Positions 41,064-53,245 of a stretch of DNA of 64,000 nt are shown here, one piece after another; the first letter of the stretch is position 1; each line of letters starts with the position of its first letter. The notes under the pieces are model-generated. The model did no database searches. It had not been told where the DNA came from and saw nothing but the letters and a program-made list of their open reading frames with translations. Position numbers and translations under genes: made by a program. The stretch is from Nageia nagi (lineage: Eukaryota; Plantae; Pinophyta). The stretch is taken from NCBI GenBank assembly GCA_050084985.1, contig JBITNC010000001.1, positions 63,550,001 to 63,614,000 of the forward strand, read 5' to 3'.

Positions 41064-42041
41064 TACACAACTTTCTTCTTCATTTTTCTCTCCCTTCGGA
41101 GGAAGTCCAATATGAGCATTCTCTCTTTGTAGAGAATCTTCAACAAGTGCATCCTCATTACAAACATTATTAGTCTTGTTAAGACAGTCTTCAACAATGC
41201 ACTCTTCAAATGCTCCAACAACAAAATCTAGAACAACAATGGCTTCTTCTTTTTCATTTGCATAACCTCTATCAACAGCAAATCCTCTTCTTTGTCCTCT
41301 TTCTTGAGAAGAATATAAACCTCTTCTTGGAGCAACAATGGCCCCTTCTTCTTCAACATTTTTTTTTCAAATCTGGAACAACAATGTTCCCCCTTGCTCA
41401 CAAAACAAATATTTTCTTGAGCGATTTGATCACCACCAAAACAAACTTGCAACTTTTTCCATGCTGTAAGAAGTGGAAAAAATATTTTTTTTTTCATGCT
41501 TTTTCTAATATCTAGAAGAGCCAAACAATTTTGGTGTTCCACTTTTTTTAATCTTCTTTTCTCTCCTTCAAGAGAGCTCCAATCTTCTAGTTCAGCATAC
41601 CCATCTTCAACAATTGCCCATAGGCCTTTACCCATCAACAATGTCTTCATTTTTATGCTTCAAAAATGAAAATGCTCTCCATCAAATTTTGGTAGTTGTA
41701 AAAAATTAGTGTTGATAGCCATTACACTAGAACACCAAGAAACCCCATGGGAAATCAACGAGAAAATAATTTTGTAAAATTATTTCCAAGATCCCTAGAG
41801 GTTTACTCTAACTCTCCAATCTACCATTCTTTTTCAAACCCATCAAATCAAATCAAACCAAGCTTTGATACCAGATGAAGAATCTAAGTAGATTCAATAA
41901 TCCAAATTTACTGACATTCAACAATGGAGGAAATACAAACTCATAAATATGAATCAACAATGGAGCAATACATCATTGATGCAAATAATCTAGAACTGAA
42001 TATATAAATAGTAGAATCAGATATGTACAATCCTTAATAGA

Positions 42042-42821
42042 TTTAATGTACCTTTCTGGGTTTTATCTGAATTAGCATTCAATTCCACACTTACCCAGAA
42101 ATTAGGGCATCAATGAACATGCTCAATAATCATTCAAAACATGTGCTCAAACTAGAATATAACAGCGATAGCTAAAGCTCATAGAATATACGATTATGAC
42201 CAAAACTGGGCACAAATCAGATCTGTAACATAACAAAAATATAGCTCCAAAAGTACTCAATTGGCCCAAGTCCCAAGGCAGCTCCCTAGCTTGGTGCAAG
42301 TCTCAAGATGACTACCAATGGCTTGCGCAAGCTCCCAAATGGCAAGAATGATAGGAGCAAGCTCTCCAAGAGGTGTAGAAGTGGAGATCAACCACTTCTA
42401 GGCTAGGGAATAGCCCTAAGCCCTAGAAGTAAGAGAAGGGAAGCATCCCTAAGCTCCGAATGATAAGATCGAATGCACAAGATGATGTCTTCAAATGACC
42501 AAATGCCTTCACTTTATAGCATTCCAAACTTGTCAATATGTCTTCCTAAGATGGCCGGCCAAGGAGGGAGTAATAATAAAATATTAAATGATCTAAAAGC
42601 CTCCTCATCATGGCTGATTAAGTGAGGGGAGATTAATCATATTAAATAATCCTTTTTCTTCACCAAATAAACACTAAGTATGCCCTTAGCTTAGGCGCAT
42701 GTCTCTCAGGCAAAAGTATGAATAAAATAATAATAAAATATTCCTAGTCTAAGTGCTAATGATCACAATGAATATGTAAGAGGTGTAGATGTTTAGATGT
42801 CCCAAATTTGGGGACATTACA
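42042..42821 (-). repeat. Chromovirus-type solo LTR nested in the copia LTR
   Basis: Ends t(t)taatgt...GGGGACATTACA; host LTR sequence resumes on both sides (compare 39061-39090); minus-strand TATA at ~42513-42519. Confidence 0.7.
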
Positions 42822-43928
42822 TTGGAGTTCAGCTAGGACCTGTTGGGTGGTTTTTCTTTCCTACCCTAAAGTAGTGAGAAAAGCTCCAACACTTCAAGTG
42901 AAAGGATGTTACTCCTTCCCGCTATGGGGAGTGGTCACCCCAAAGGTTAGCTCCATGTCTTGGCAGAGATAACACAGGGACTGGCTGAGATGTTTAAAGT
43001 TGCCACCAACATGAATATCATATATGGATTTAAGGGACTTTGAGTTTTGCACTTTGTTGTTTCAGGAAATTGCTAAGGGAAATAATGGGTGCGAAAGCTG
43101 AAAAAAAAAGTTTAAAATAAAATAAATTGGTAGAAAGACCGTGGGCAGTAAAATGCAACTACAGGCATGCGGATTCACGGGCTTGGGATAATATCCTCAA
43201 AAGTCAACTTGCTAGGTCTCGACGTAGGTTTCAAGCATCCTCAATCCATCCCACTAGCCAACTACACAAATTGTCTAGTGGAAGGAGCGTGAAGTTGTGG
43301 CAAGGATGGAATAGGACGGGATGGAGGTAACATTCAATGATCCAGGTGAAGTTCCTATTGTGAGCGACATCAACAAGACATTTTTAGGTATCCAAGCCTA
43401 AAATTGCAAATGACGAAATACCACAAACAAGATGCTAATCAACCACTTCATAAGATTTCCAAGCATTCTCTTATCCACTCCATACAATTTACAAGATGCA
43501 CCAAGTGATTAAAATCAACACAAAGTAGTGATAGAACAAACTAGATAGCATTGTCATTCATTCATTCGAATTCGGCATTACAACATGAGAGCATATAAAC
43601 ATAATTACATTCACATACACCACATTTAACAAATTTAGAGAATTTTTGTGTTGCAAGCAAAAGTTCCTTCAAATTGTTAAAATGTCAATTCCCCTTTACA
43701 ACTTAATCAAAATGGGGTATAAATAGTTTTTGAGCAACTAACAGTGTGTCCCTAACCCTAATTGCGAATTACGAGAAAAACAATATAGTCCAATAAAAAG
43801 TTGCCACAGGGCATCACAAGATCCCTTCTATACTTGTGGGAGCAAATCCTCATCCGTCACAAGTTTGGGAATAAAATAATATTTTATAAAGTATTTTTCT
43901 GAAAATAAAATAAAACTGAAAATAATAA

Positions 43929-46900
43929 CTAAGACGATGGTGGGCCCAAGGCCACAACTCACTCCTTGAATTCCTCATCCAGGAACTTCACTATAAGCTC
44001 CAACTCGCGCAACATCTTTGGAAATTTGGGCTTGTTCTCAACAACACAACATCCAACCTCATCAATCAGTCTCTGCATCTCGCTCTTCCATGCATGGGCT
44101 CTCATCATGTGTTGGAGGTGACTTCCAGACTGGTAGGTGTTCACATCCTTAGTCATGATCAAGCTTTGAAGAAGATGCTTGACCTTTGTCACTACCAAGT
44201 TCGCCTCCCTGATGGTGGTGTCGTCTTCTAGAAACTTAACCTGGAAGTCCATCTGTTTAATGCTTGTGTTAGCCTTGTCATTGATCATATTCACCTCTTT
44301 CTTGACCTCTTGGAAGTGGGTGACTACCTGATTGATCACACCCAAGTAGAACCAATAGTCTTCACAGAATTTGACATCTTCGGGCCTTTGACTCTGTTTC
44401 ATCTCAAATCTCACTATCCTTGGCTTCCGAGACTCCAAGATCTTGAGGAGGCTAACCCTTTCAGTCACAATGTCTTTTAGTTTTTGCTCCTCGAATGAGA
44501 CTCTTTGTAAGGCACCAATGAATTGCTCTAGCATTGTCAAAACCTCGATCACTTCTTGTTTTACCGCAATCATGCCCTCCTTGAGAGGCTTTATCCTTTG
44601 GAGCTTGTCTTGCGGTACTTTGGCAGACTCAATCTCTCGAGTCAATCTCCTCTGGGCGGCCAACTCCTTCATGAGGTTTTTTATTTCTTTCTCCTCTAGT
44701 AGCCAGTACTTGGCGATTGCCTTTGTGTTGGAAATGATTGTGTGCTTCCTTCCAACCATGCTAATGGGACCTATGTTAATGATCTGGTTTATTTGCTTGA
44801 TGTCTCCAAGGCGTTAAGGGTTGTTCTTGTCAGCAATTATGGTCTTGATGTGGACTGCACTGTCATTCATATGCACATAAGACTGACTCTTACCCGGACG
44901 AGTGGAGCTCTCTCCAAATCAGTCATTAACTTCTCTTTCTCCAAACTCCTCTCCGACGTCTATGTTAAAAACATTGAGGCACTTATCCATGTCAACACCC
45001 CACTCATGATTTGGTGATGGCTGGTGGGTCTCAATAATTGGTTCTTCAGTGTGGGTTACTTTTCTCTTAGTCCTCTTTAAAGGTCTATCTTCTTCCTCTA
45101 TTGCCCCTAACAATTGAGACCAAGATGTTCTCTTCAACTGCATCCCCCTCGATATTGACTTAGAAGCTAGCCTTTACCTTTCCTTTGGCACGTTGAAGGC
45201 TTCGATGAAGCAGGCTTATGGACTACCTTCAAAATCTCCATGGATGGAGCATCCAGGATATCATCGTGGGGACCCGTACTTGCTTCTTGTTCATTTTTTG
45301 GCTCTCTTTCACATTCATTCTCCAACTCTTCATGCTCATTCTCTTGCTCTCCTTCTGGATTGTCATCAAGTTCATACAAGGGACTAGAGGATGTAGATCC
45401 GGATGGTAGAACGACTGGGGATGGGTGTGAAGTCAATCCTCTAGGTGGTCTCTGTGGTGGTGATGAATATTTCTTTATGTTCCTGACATATCTAACCATC
45501 TTGTCAGTGGCCACATGGTCCAACTCTCTTATGTCGTGCTCATCTATGGTGTTTCTAACTTGCTGCACAATCTGCTCAAATGGATTCTTGCCATGCATGG
45601 AAGCATACTAGCCAACAGGCTCCTAAATCGTTGGGGTAATTTGGGTGACTCTGGACGTGGATTCTTGTGGTCTTCTCCCTCTTGATTGTGACCTCTTGTT
45701 AATGATAGCCTCCACGGTATGTTGTTGCTTTTGAGCATCCTCGTGCATTTTGGTACTGATTTTCTTCATCTCTACCTTGTTGCTTAAGTTCCTGAAAGGC
45801 TCCTCTTCTCTAAGTGGCTTATGTTCATAAGCTCTCTTTCTCTCCTTCATGTAGAAGCCGTGGATTCTATGCTCAAGATCATAGTGGCTTGTTGCAGGCA
45901 TTTTCTTGAAGTTGAATTTCCAAACTCCTCTCTCATGGAATCAACATCCGCCCAAGCTCTAAATTGGTATTCCCCAACTATGATCAGTAGATTCGAGGTG
46001 GTTGATTTCTTCTACCAGTCATGCTCGTGCAAGTGGGTCAACTGCCTTATCATCTCCATCAAAAGCAATTTGTTGCTCACATACATGGGTAGTTGATACG
46101 GTTCTACGGTTGATCCATAAATTCGAATGTAGGAATAGTGTTGGTGATGGATGAAGAAGTTCTCATGCTTCCTCAATGCATCTTGGGCTGAATTTGAGAT
46201 CCTAGCAATCGTGATTTCTCCTTTAAGCTCTTTATAGATCTCATACTCGCATCCATCATTCTTCATGATGAAACTATCCGATCTTCTTTCAACTTTCCAC
46301 TTAGGCTAGCACTTCTAGACAACATATGTTCTCTTTTGAATCTAGGCTGCTTCCCCTAGATTCGTAGGCTTGTACTTGCCATGAAGCAACAAGTACACCA
46401 AGTAAGAGTTGAGGTAGAACTTTCGTGTGGTCCCCATAGATGACAACTGGTCTGCAAAGGTGTTGCTCAACACCTTGCTCCACTTGATCTTCTTTCCCCT
46501 TGCAATCTCCACGATGAAGCCAAAGAACTGCTTCTTGAATTTGGATGCATTTTCTTTACCCAAGACTCTTGACAACATCATAATCATTAACTCCATGGAG
46601 GGGTAGAAGTTAGAGCGAGCGGCTTTGATGAGAGCATTCCCCTTTAGGCGATGATGTTCATCCAGCATCCAATTCCTGATGGCCACAACAGCCCTATTTG
46701 TGTCTTGATAGCACACAAGTGACTCCGCTTTAATATATTCAAAGTTTCCTTCCAAAGCCCATTGGAATGTTGTTTTGATAGCTTCGGAATTGAAGTCCAT
46801 GATGACATTCCCTTTGATGTCTTGAAGCACCCTTTCTCCCTTTTGCCAATGCTGGTTGACTTCTAGGCACAATTCTGGAAAAGTGGCTATGAATGGGACG

Positions 46901-47163
46901 AAGGCACAATTAGAGATATCGGGGAAGAACACAATGTTTTGTTTCAGCTCATTGATTTGCATACCCCATATCTTATCCCTCCTCTACATGGGGTCTACCT
47001 TTTTCCAGTCTGTATCTCTAATTGTGGCAAACCCATTCTTAGAGAACTTAGCCCCTTGGTGTAGGGTTTCTTTGCTCTCACGAATGGTAATGATGCAATC
47101 ATGCCTTAATGTTTCTAGGTCTCTTGGAAAGTCCTTGGCCGAATTGCTCTTTGAGGTAGTCAT
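43929..47163 (-). pseudogene. Long uncharacterised ORF of unit D (~1,075 codons, few stops/frameshifts)
   Basis: ORF-track pieces 46984-47172, 46342-46962, 46012-46266, 45623-45901, 45167-45598, 44919-45143 and 43959-44759 are consecutive parts of one protein. Confidence 0.87.
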
Positions 47164-47550
47164 GATGCTCAAGTGGGTGACGAAGGCCTCCAGGGGTGAT
47201 GCATTGGTTCCCCAAGCATGCTATGACTCCCACGTTGCCTTGCTTGGCCTCCCAACTCCTTGCGCAAGCCTTGCCAAGTGGTGTGGCAGATTTGGAACTC
47301 AACTTTTGTCTTCTACTTTGAAATTTGGCACAAAAGATGAAGAGGAGATGGATTTGAATTTGAGAAAAATGAGCCTTTGGGCTTATATTTATAGGCAATT
47401 TTAGGTCTCCAAGAAACCCTAGTCGGTCATGCATGAGGAGGAATTGATCTTGGTTGTCCAAATGGCCAACCTTGAGATGCATGCATGCTCAAAGTTCCAT
47501 GCTTGGCCATCGGAAATTGGATGTGGGGGGTTTAGGGCTCTTCCAAGGTT

Positions 47551-48235
47551 GGCGCATGCCCAGAAAAGACAAGGTTTTGTCTTTCTGGAGCATGTGCTCA
47601 ACTTGAGGAGGCATGCTCTTTGCTTGTCAGTTCTCCTTGCTCCCCACTTGTCCGTCTCGACCCTTCATGCTCATGATGAGACCTGAACTTATCTGATTTT
47701 GCCCTTCCTAGTGTTCTAGCTTGTCAAATTTTCACAACACACTCAACCAAAACACCCTCCAGGATGAGCGCATGTTTCATAAAGACAAGATTTTGTCTTT
47801 CTGAGGCATGCACTAGGTTGCAGATGCCCATATTGATTGAGTTTTGGCTTTCTGCTCTTACGAATTAGCCAAATTTTCACATTCTTCTCATCCTGATGTC
47901 TCCTTGGATGGTCATGCTTCACTTTATCGAACTTCAAACTTGTCTAGACGGCCTTCCAGTTTGAGTGCATGCCCCCAAAAGGCAAGATTTTGTCTTTTTG
48001 AGGCATGCACCAAGCTTAGAATACCTCTTGCTTGCCTTCTCCAACTTCAATTCCGATTCGGGCGTCCCCTAGCCCGAGCACGTCCCAGAAAGACAAGATT
48101 TTGTCTTTTTGAGGCATGCGTTGGGCTTGGAAGTGGCCCAGTTTGCTTTTCCAAACTTAGATTCCGACTTGGATGACTCCTTGGCCCGAGCACACGTCCC
48201 ATAAAGACAAGATTTTATCTTTTTGAGGCATGCAT
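47551..48235. repeat. Palindrome array of unit D
   Basis: Five clear units, e.g. gcatgcccagaaaagacaaggttttgtctttctggagcatgt (47554-47595). Confidence 0.82.
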
Positions 48236-49048
48236 TGGACCTACAAGTGGCCCAGACTCACTTGACTCAATTTCGGCTCGATGTGGGTTTGCCTATTTCA
48301 TCTAGACTCGACTTGAATTTCCATACGTAGCCATTTTTTGGAGGATTTTAGCTTTTATTCTATCATGACTAAGACCGGTCGATTTAGCACACTTAGGCGA
48401 TGGAATGATAAATGCGATTCCCAATCAAAATGAAGTCAGGAATACACAAGACAAAACATGGTGTTGCATGGACATGAGTTGCAGTGGGTCCCCAAAGTCA
48501 CGAGATTTTGGGGCGAGTTGTGTAGGGCACAACAGAACCCTCACCCAACACACCACACTTCACTTGGTCTCTCACACCAAGCTACACACCAAGATGTAAC
48601 AATCCAACCAACCCAACTGCCTAAGCAAGCTAACAACTAAATACATAACATCCCAAAGAGAACACAACAGCCGGAATGTGAAGAAAATGAACAAAGTATG
48701 AAAAGACTCAAAATTGGGTGATGTATAATGTCCACAAAATATGACTGCAGAAATGCGGTCACGTTTGGTGAAACGTGGTCACGTTTGGTACTGATGAAAC
48801 ACAGTGGCTACTGCATTTGGTACTGATGAAACACGGTGGTGAATGTGTTTTTGGGCAATGAGTGTGAAAAATCAACTTTGAGGTTGGATCTTCAAGTCAA
48901 GTTCAAGTCTGATCAAGCCCAATTTCCAACAATTTCAATTTGGGATTATTACATGTTTAAAGGAAATTTGGTGTCACAAATCTACACCTGCATCTTCCAG
49001 TATTTGTAAGTTTGTGCCCTCTCTTTCCTCTCTTCTTTCTTCCTACTC

Positions 49049-49334
49049 TTTTTGGTCTGCCTCTTGGGTTGTAGCACTGTATTTAACTTTGTTTCTTTTC
49101 CTTTGTTGGGCATGGACATTAATAATATTTCATTTCATTTGTGGGCCTGTGAAGAGAAAGTTATGACCTAAAGGGACAATAGTTGCAACATTTTTGGTCT
49201 GCCTCTTGGGTTTTTGCACTGTATTTAACTTTGTTTCCTTTCCTTTGTTGGGCATGGACATTAATAATATTTCATTTCATTTGTGGGCCTGTAAAGAGAA
49301 AGTTATGACCTAAAGGGACAATAGTTGCAACATT
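49049..49334 (+). repeat. 142-bp tandem duplication
   Basis: ttttggtctgcctcttggg...atagttgcaacatt occurs twice, nearly identical. Confidence 0.9.
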
Positions 49335-50899
49335 CAAGTCAAGGAAGGGCTGTATTGCTGATTTTTATTTTTTATTTTGAGCTTAGTTCTACATTTAGCA
49401 AAGAGATTTGCAGCAGAAAATGAATTCATCCGGTTTGTTTTTGGGGTAAGTTTGTGTGTATGCATGCACGCATGTGCTCATACAAAACTTTATATTATTT
49501 ATTCCATGTTACTAAAAAAAGCTTATTTATGATATTAACACTTTATATCTGAAAGCTTAACACTTTAAAGACCTCATGTAATCCATTTCTCCCTCACTCA
49601 ACAAAGAAATTTGCATGTTGGAGAAAAGTCATAACATACCAGCAAAATACAATCATCCAGCAGAGCAAAATTTAAAAAACTATGCAGGTTTGGTCAGCAT
49701 AGTTTTGCAATGAAGAATCTTACTTAGCATAGGGAAGCTGAGCAATCTAGTTTACAATTATGATTTAATGTTTATCAACATTTTTGGATTAAACGAATTG
49801 AAAATTACATTTGGAACACATACCATTGTACGCTAAGTCTAAAAGTTGTTCCCCTTTATTTATACCAATCTCTGTTGGTAATTATGCTTTAAACTAATTG
49901 AATACTATGGGTTTATGTTTTGTATAATGAATGACAAAAATTATAAGAAGTTACAGAAAGCACTGTAAATATCACAGCAACTAACAAAACCTACATATGT
50001 TTACAGCACGACACAATGGAGCAGCTGTTTGTCTCATCAAAATCATGACTACGTCAAATGCATTCCAGACCTGGGATGTCATTGTAACACTAGAGAGTCT
50101 CATGTCAATAAGCCATCAATCCAAACTACACTACATTCTCTATATTTATCATGGAATATATCTTCAGGCATCTGTTCATGAAAAACTCATGTAACTGAAA
50201 ATTAAATGATGCTCCCTAAACTGCTTATCAATTAATGTTTCTCATGATTACATTATTTGCTGTATGTATGATTCATCATTACATGAAACACAATGTGACG
50301 AACAGGATAACAATGCACATAGTGATCTCAATGTTGTGCATGCAATAGCGACCGACAAGGCCTTGCCTTGCAACTCATATATGCTTTGGTCTCCTAGAAC
50401 CATAGTTGAGAAAGCAGACTCGGCTCAAATTCAGCAAGGTCCACCTGAGACTCGGACTCAAGAGTTGGCAAAAAATCGGCAAAAAAATTGCAATCATTGA
50501 TTTTTTTTCATGCATATTCATATCCTTTCCTACAATTACTCAACATTCAACATCGTATACATACAAAATCATGAAGAGGAAAGGGCAAATCCTTGTATAG
50601 CAAGATACATGTTTATAACATAACAAATGCACATATTACCAAATGTCTCAATGCTCTTGAACTAATGAAAAATGTCAAATACAATGTTGATGAACACTCA
50701 TTGAGTCAATCTATGGAAGGTCCCTTGCTCGTCCTTGCCCTAGAATATATGCTCTAAGAATCCTCTCTTTTTGACTTTGTGACGAGGATCCATGTGCCTT
50801 TGCTTGTTCTAATGCCTTTTCATGTGTGTTTGTTGCTAACTCCTTTGCCATATTTTCAAATTCATCCATGGGAAAGCAAGGCTTCTTGTTTCTACTCCG

Positions 50900-53245
50900 A
50901 CACCTAATCTATGATCCATTCAGATGACGAATCAATTTATCTAGATCACTGGCCTCATAACTTGATCTTGCTATCTATCTATGGTGAAGGCAAATGTTGT
51001 AATGAACAAATGCAAGATCATTCAACTTCTTTTATATTAGTCTATTCCTCTTCTTAGAGTGTATGTGCTAAAAAACACTCCAATTGTTCTTGCAATTTGA
51101 AGTGCTACATGGCTGGCGTAAAATTCAAATGGCAAGGTGTTGTAGGTTGGTTGTGCATGCACCGAAGTCCTCCCACCATAAATCTAGAAAAAAAAAAGAA
51201 GTCAATACTTCAAGTTTAACTTCACGTGTAAAATTTTAAATTGAGGTTACTTTTTGAAACAAAATCAAAATACAAAATAAATTATAATACTAATTTAGAA
51301 TAGAGTTAACTATCCTCAAAGTTGTTAGTGCTTTAGCACACTCTGGGGATATAAGGACACCCTAGCGGCTCTTGTATCCTTTTAGTTTTGATTGTATTTT
51401 TGAAACTTGAACGGATATCTGGATCACACACTAAACGATCAATGCTTGACCAAAGGCCCACCATCTCCAAATAATCAGGATCAAAGGAAACCACGTAAAA
51501 GAATGTGGGGTAGTACCAATTGTATGAAAAGGGCTATGGAGTTGAGAAGTCCATCGCCGATCAATCATATGCCGAATGGGTTTGTATTTGACCTTGAAAT
51601 AGTTATAAAAAGAGGCAATCACCTGTTTTTCCGTACCCGTTGCCTCGTATACATAACCCATGGGTGAGTTTTCTCCATCAAGAAGGCGGAGAATTGTCAC
51701 CGAAAGCTCAGGTATCTAGAAAAAATTTCAATATTAGCAAATAGAAAATAATTTCAATAAAAAATAATTTAATAAGAAAACAAATAAAATAAAAACGTTA
51801 GTGTTGTACCTTGATGGCCTCATCCATGGCACACCACAACAACACCTCAAAAATTATGTCATAGAGATTCTTCCACTCATTGTAAGTTTTGTATTTGACA
51901 CCATTATCTAAGTTCGAATCATTGCCCACAAACATCTTCAGTGCCCCTATTCACAACAGAGGCTCTACAACGTAATGAAGGTTTGGCGAAGCGTGTCACT
52001 CTAGGCAACACTATCTCCCTCCCACTGGTATACTGCCTCATCAACTATAAGACCCATGAGTGATTATATATGTATTTTTGTGATGATCCTAGCCTTTTGT
52101 GCCTGTGCCCCACAAGCATCTTTAGTGCCCCTATGCACCAAAGAGGCTCTACAATGTAATGGAGGTTGTGGCGAAGCGTGTCACTCTAGGCTGCACTATC
52201 TCCCTCCCACTAGTTTACTACCTCATCAACTGTAAAACCCATGTGTGATTATATATGTATTTTGTGATGATCCTAGCCTTCTATATAATCTCTACCATCC
52301 AAGATAATTTCCCAATGTCCTCGAGAAGCAAATCGAGACAATGGTGTCCATATCGAGGTGGGAAATCTCTTCATCAAAATCATCCTTGCTACTAAATACG
52401 CTGATGCATTGTTCGTGATGATTTGGACAACATCCTTAGCTCGCACCTCCTTAACCACATCTCCCAGCAAACGTGAAAGCAACCCAACATTCTTAACTCC
52501 TGTGGATGCATCTCTAGTAACTTTAGGAATAAAATTCCTCTTCAAAAAGCAACAGGGAAATTAGGCAATGTCTTGCCCTTGCCATCAGTCCATCCATCGA
52601 ACATAACAGTGCATCCCATGTTCTTCCACACAAGGCAGTGATCATCAAGCAAAATATGAATAGTTTGCACATACTCATGAAGGAGAGGGAACCTAAGATC
52701 CCTGGGCAGCCTAAAACCTGTTCTGCAAGCTGGAAAGGCATCTAAAATGCCTCACCAGTATGCAGACCGTACCACATGAAATCATAGATCTGGAAAAGTA
52801 CCAAAAAGATGCCATGGCCTTCCTTGTTGCCCTGTGTCTGTCCTCATTCCACTCATCCATACCATCTAGTGTGTGCTGTTAACCTGGCATGAAACGCTCT
52901 TCAAAATAGAATGACTGTGTGCACTCCCCGTGTCTGCAATGGATGGATTGGAGCCACCGCGGTGTAGAGACCGGCTCAACTAGCTACCGTACCTTACAGA
53001 AAACGCATAGAAGGGGAGGTTGACATAGCCTCACCTTGTTTGCATTTGAGATCCCTCTTCCTCTGATAATCTGCAAGAAGTGCAATGCATTCTCTTTTGA
53101 CATCTACTGGCACATTGCTACAAACTCTCATGGCCCTTTTGTTTGGCCAATGGTATTTGAGGCGATTGATGCCTCCATGAAGTTTGTGATTACAAAATAT
53201 GCAAGTTAGTTCCCTCTTCTCACCCCTTCCTTTCCATATTTTCAC
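50900..53245 (-). pseudogene. hAT transposase remnant (BED finger, DUF659-like core, C-terminal dimerisation region)
   Basis: CIFCNHKLHGGINRLKYH; VVQIITNNAS; RRWTSQLHSPFH; QPCSTSNCKNNWSVF..IHSKKRNRL; small GT-AG intron at 51716-51809. Confidence 0.85.
51933..52280. repeat. ~185-bp tandem duplication inside the hAT transposase
   Basis: Two diverged copies of ...gaggctctaca...gcgaagcgtgtcactctagg...gatgatcctagcctt. Confidence 0.85.

Larger units (their letters stand above)
42841..48534 (-). mobile_element. Unit D: most complete ORF-bearing TG...CA family member (5,694 bp)
   Basis: TGTTG...CAACA; TSD ggacc/gaacc. The empty site is visible in the sister LTR (~39086-39100), fixing both boundaries. 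Confidence 0.92.
38903..48931 (-). mobile_element. Copia-type non-autonomous LTR element with two LTRs (38903-39387; 41876-48931 interrupted twice)
   Basis: Direct repeats TGAAGAATCTAAG...AATTTCCAACA; minus-strand PBS TGGTATCAAAGC (41862-41873); PPT at 39388-39398; TSD atttt/atttc; copia gag N-terminus LPKFDGEHF..SIKMKTLLMGKGLWAIVEDG. Confidence 0.88.
37790..48953 (+). mobile_element. 3' end of a chromovirus: chromodomain remnant, PPT and 3' LTR (37902-48953, split by nested insertions)
   Basis: MVRWKGLLAEDATW*GPEIL parallels 3810-3880; tttgggaggggcacact then TGTAATGTCCCC at 37902; LTR end GGGATTATTACA at 48953, just after the nested copia-type element. Confidence 0.7.

Noticed and set aside
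43929-47163. Host gene family or nested functional genes
   Set aside because: All five copies are intronless, disrupted and enclosed by mobile-element termini.
42841-48534. Helitron or classical TIR DNA transposon identity for units A-E
   Set aside because: 5-bp TSD and TG...CA ends do not fit Helitrons (no TSD, TC...CTRR). The inverted match between the two ends is only ~5 bp and no DDE or Rep/helicase motifs were recognised.
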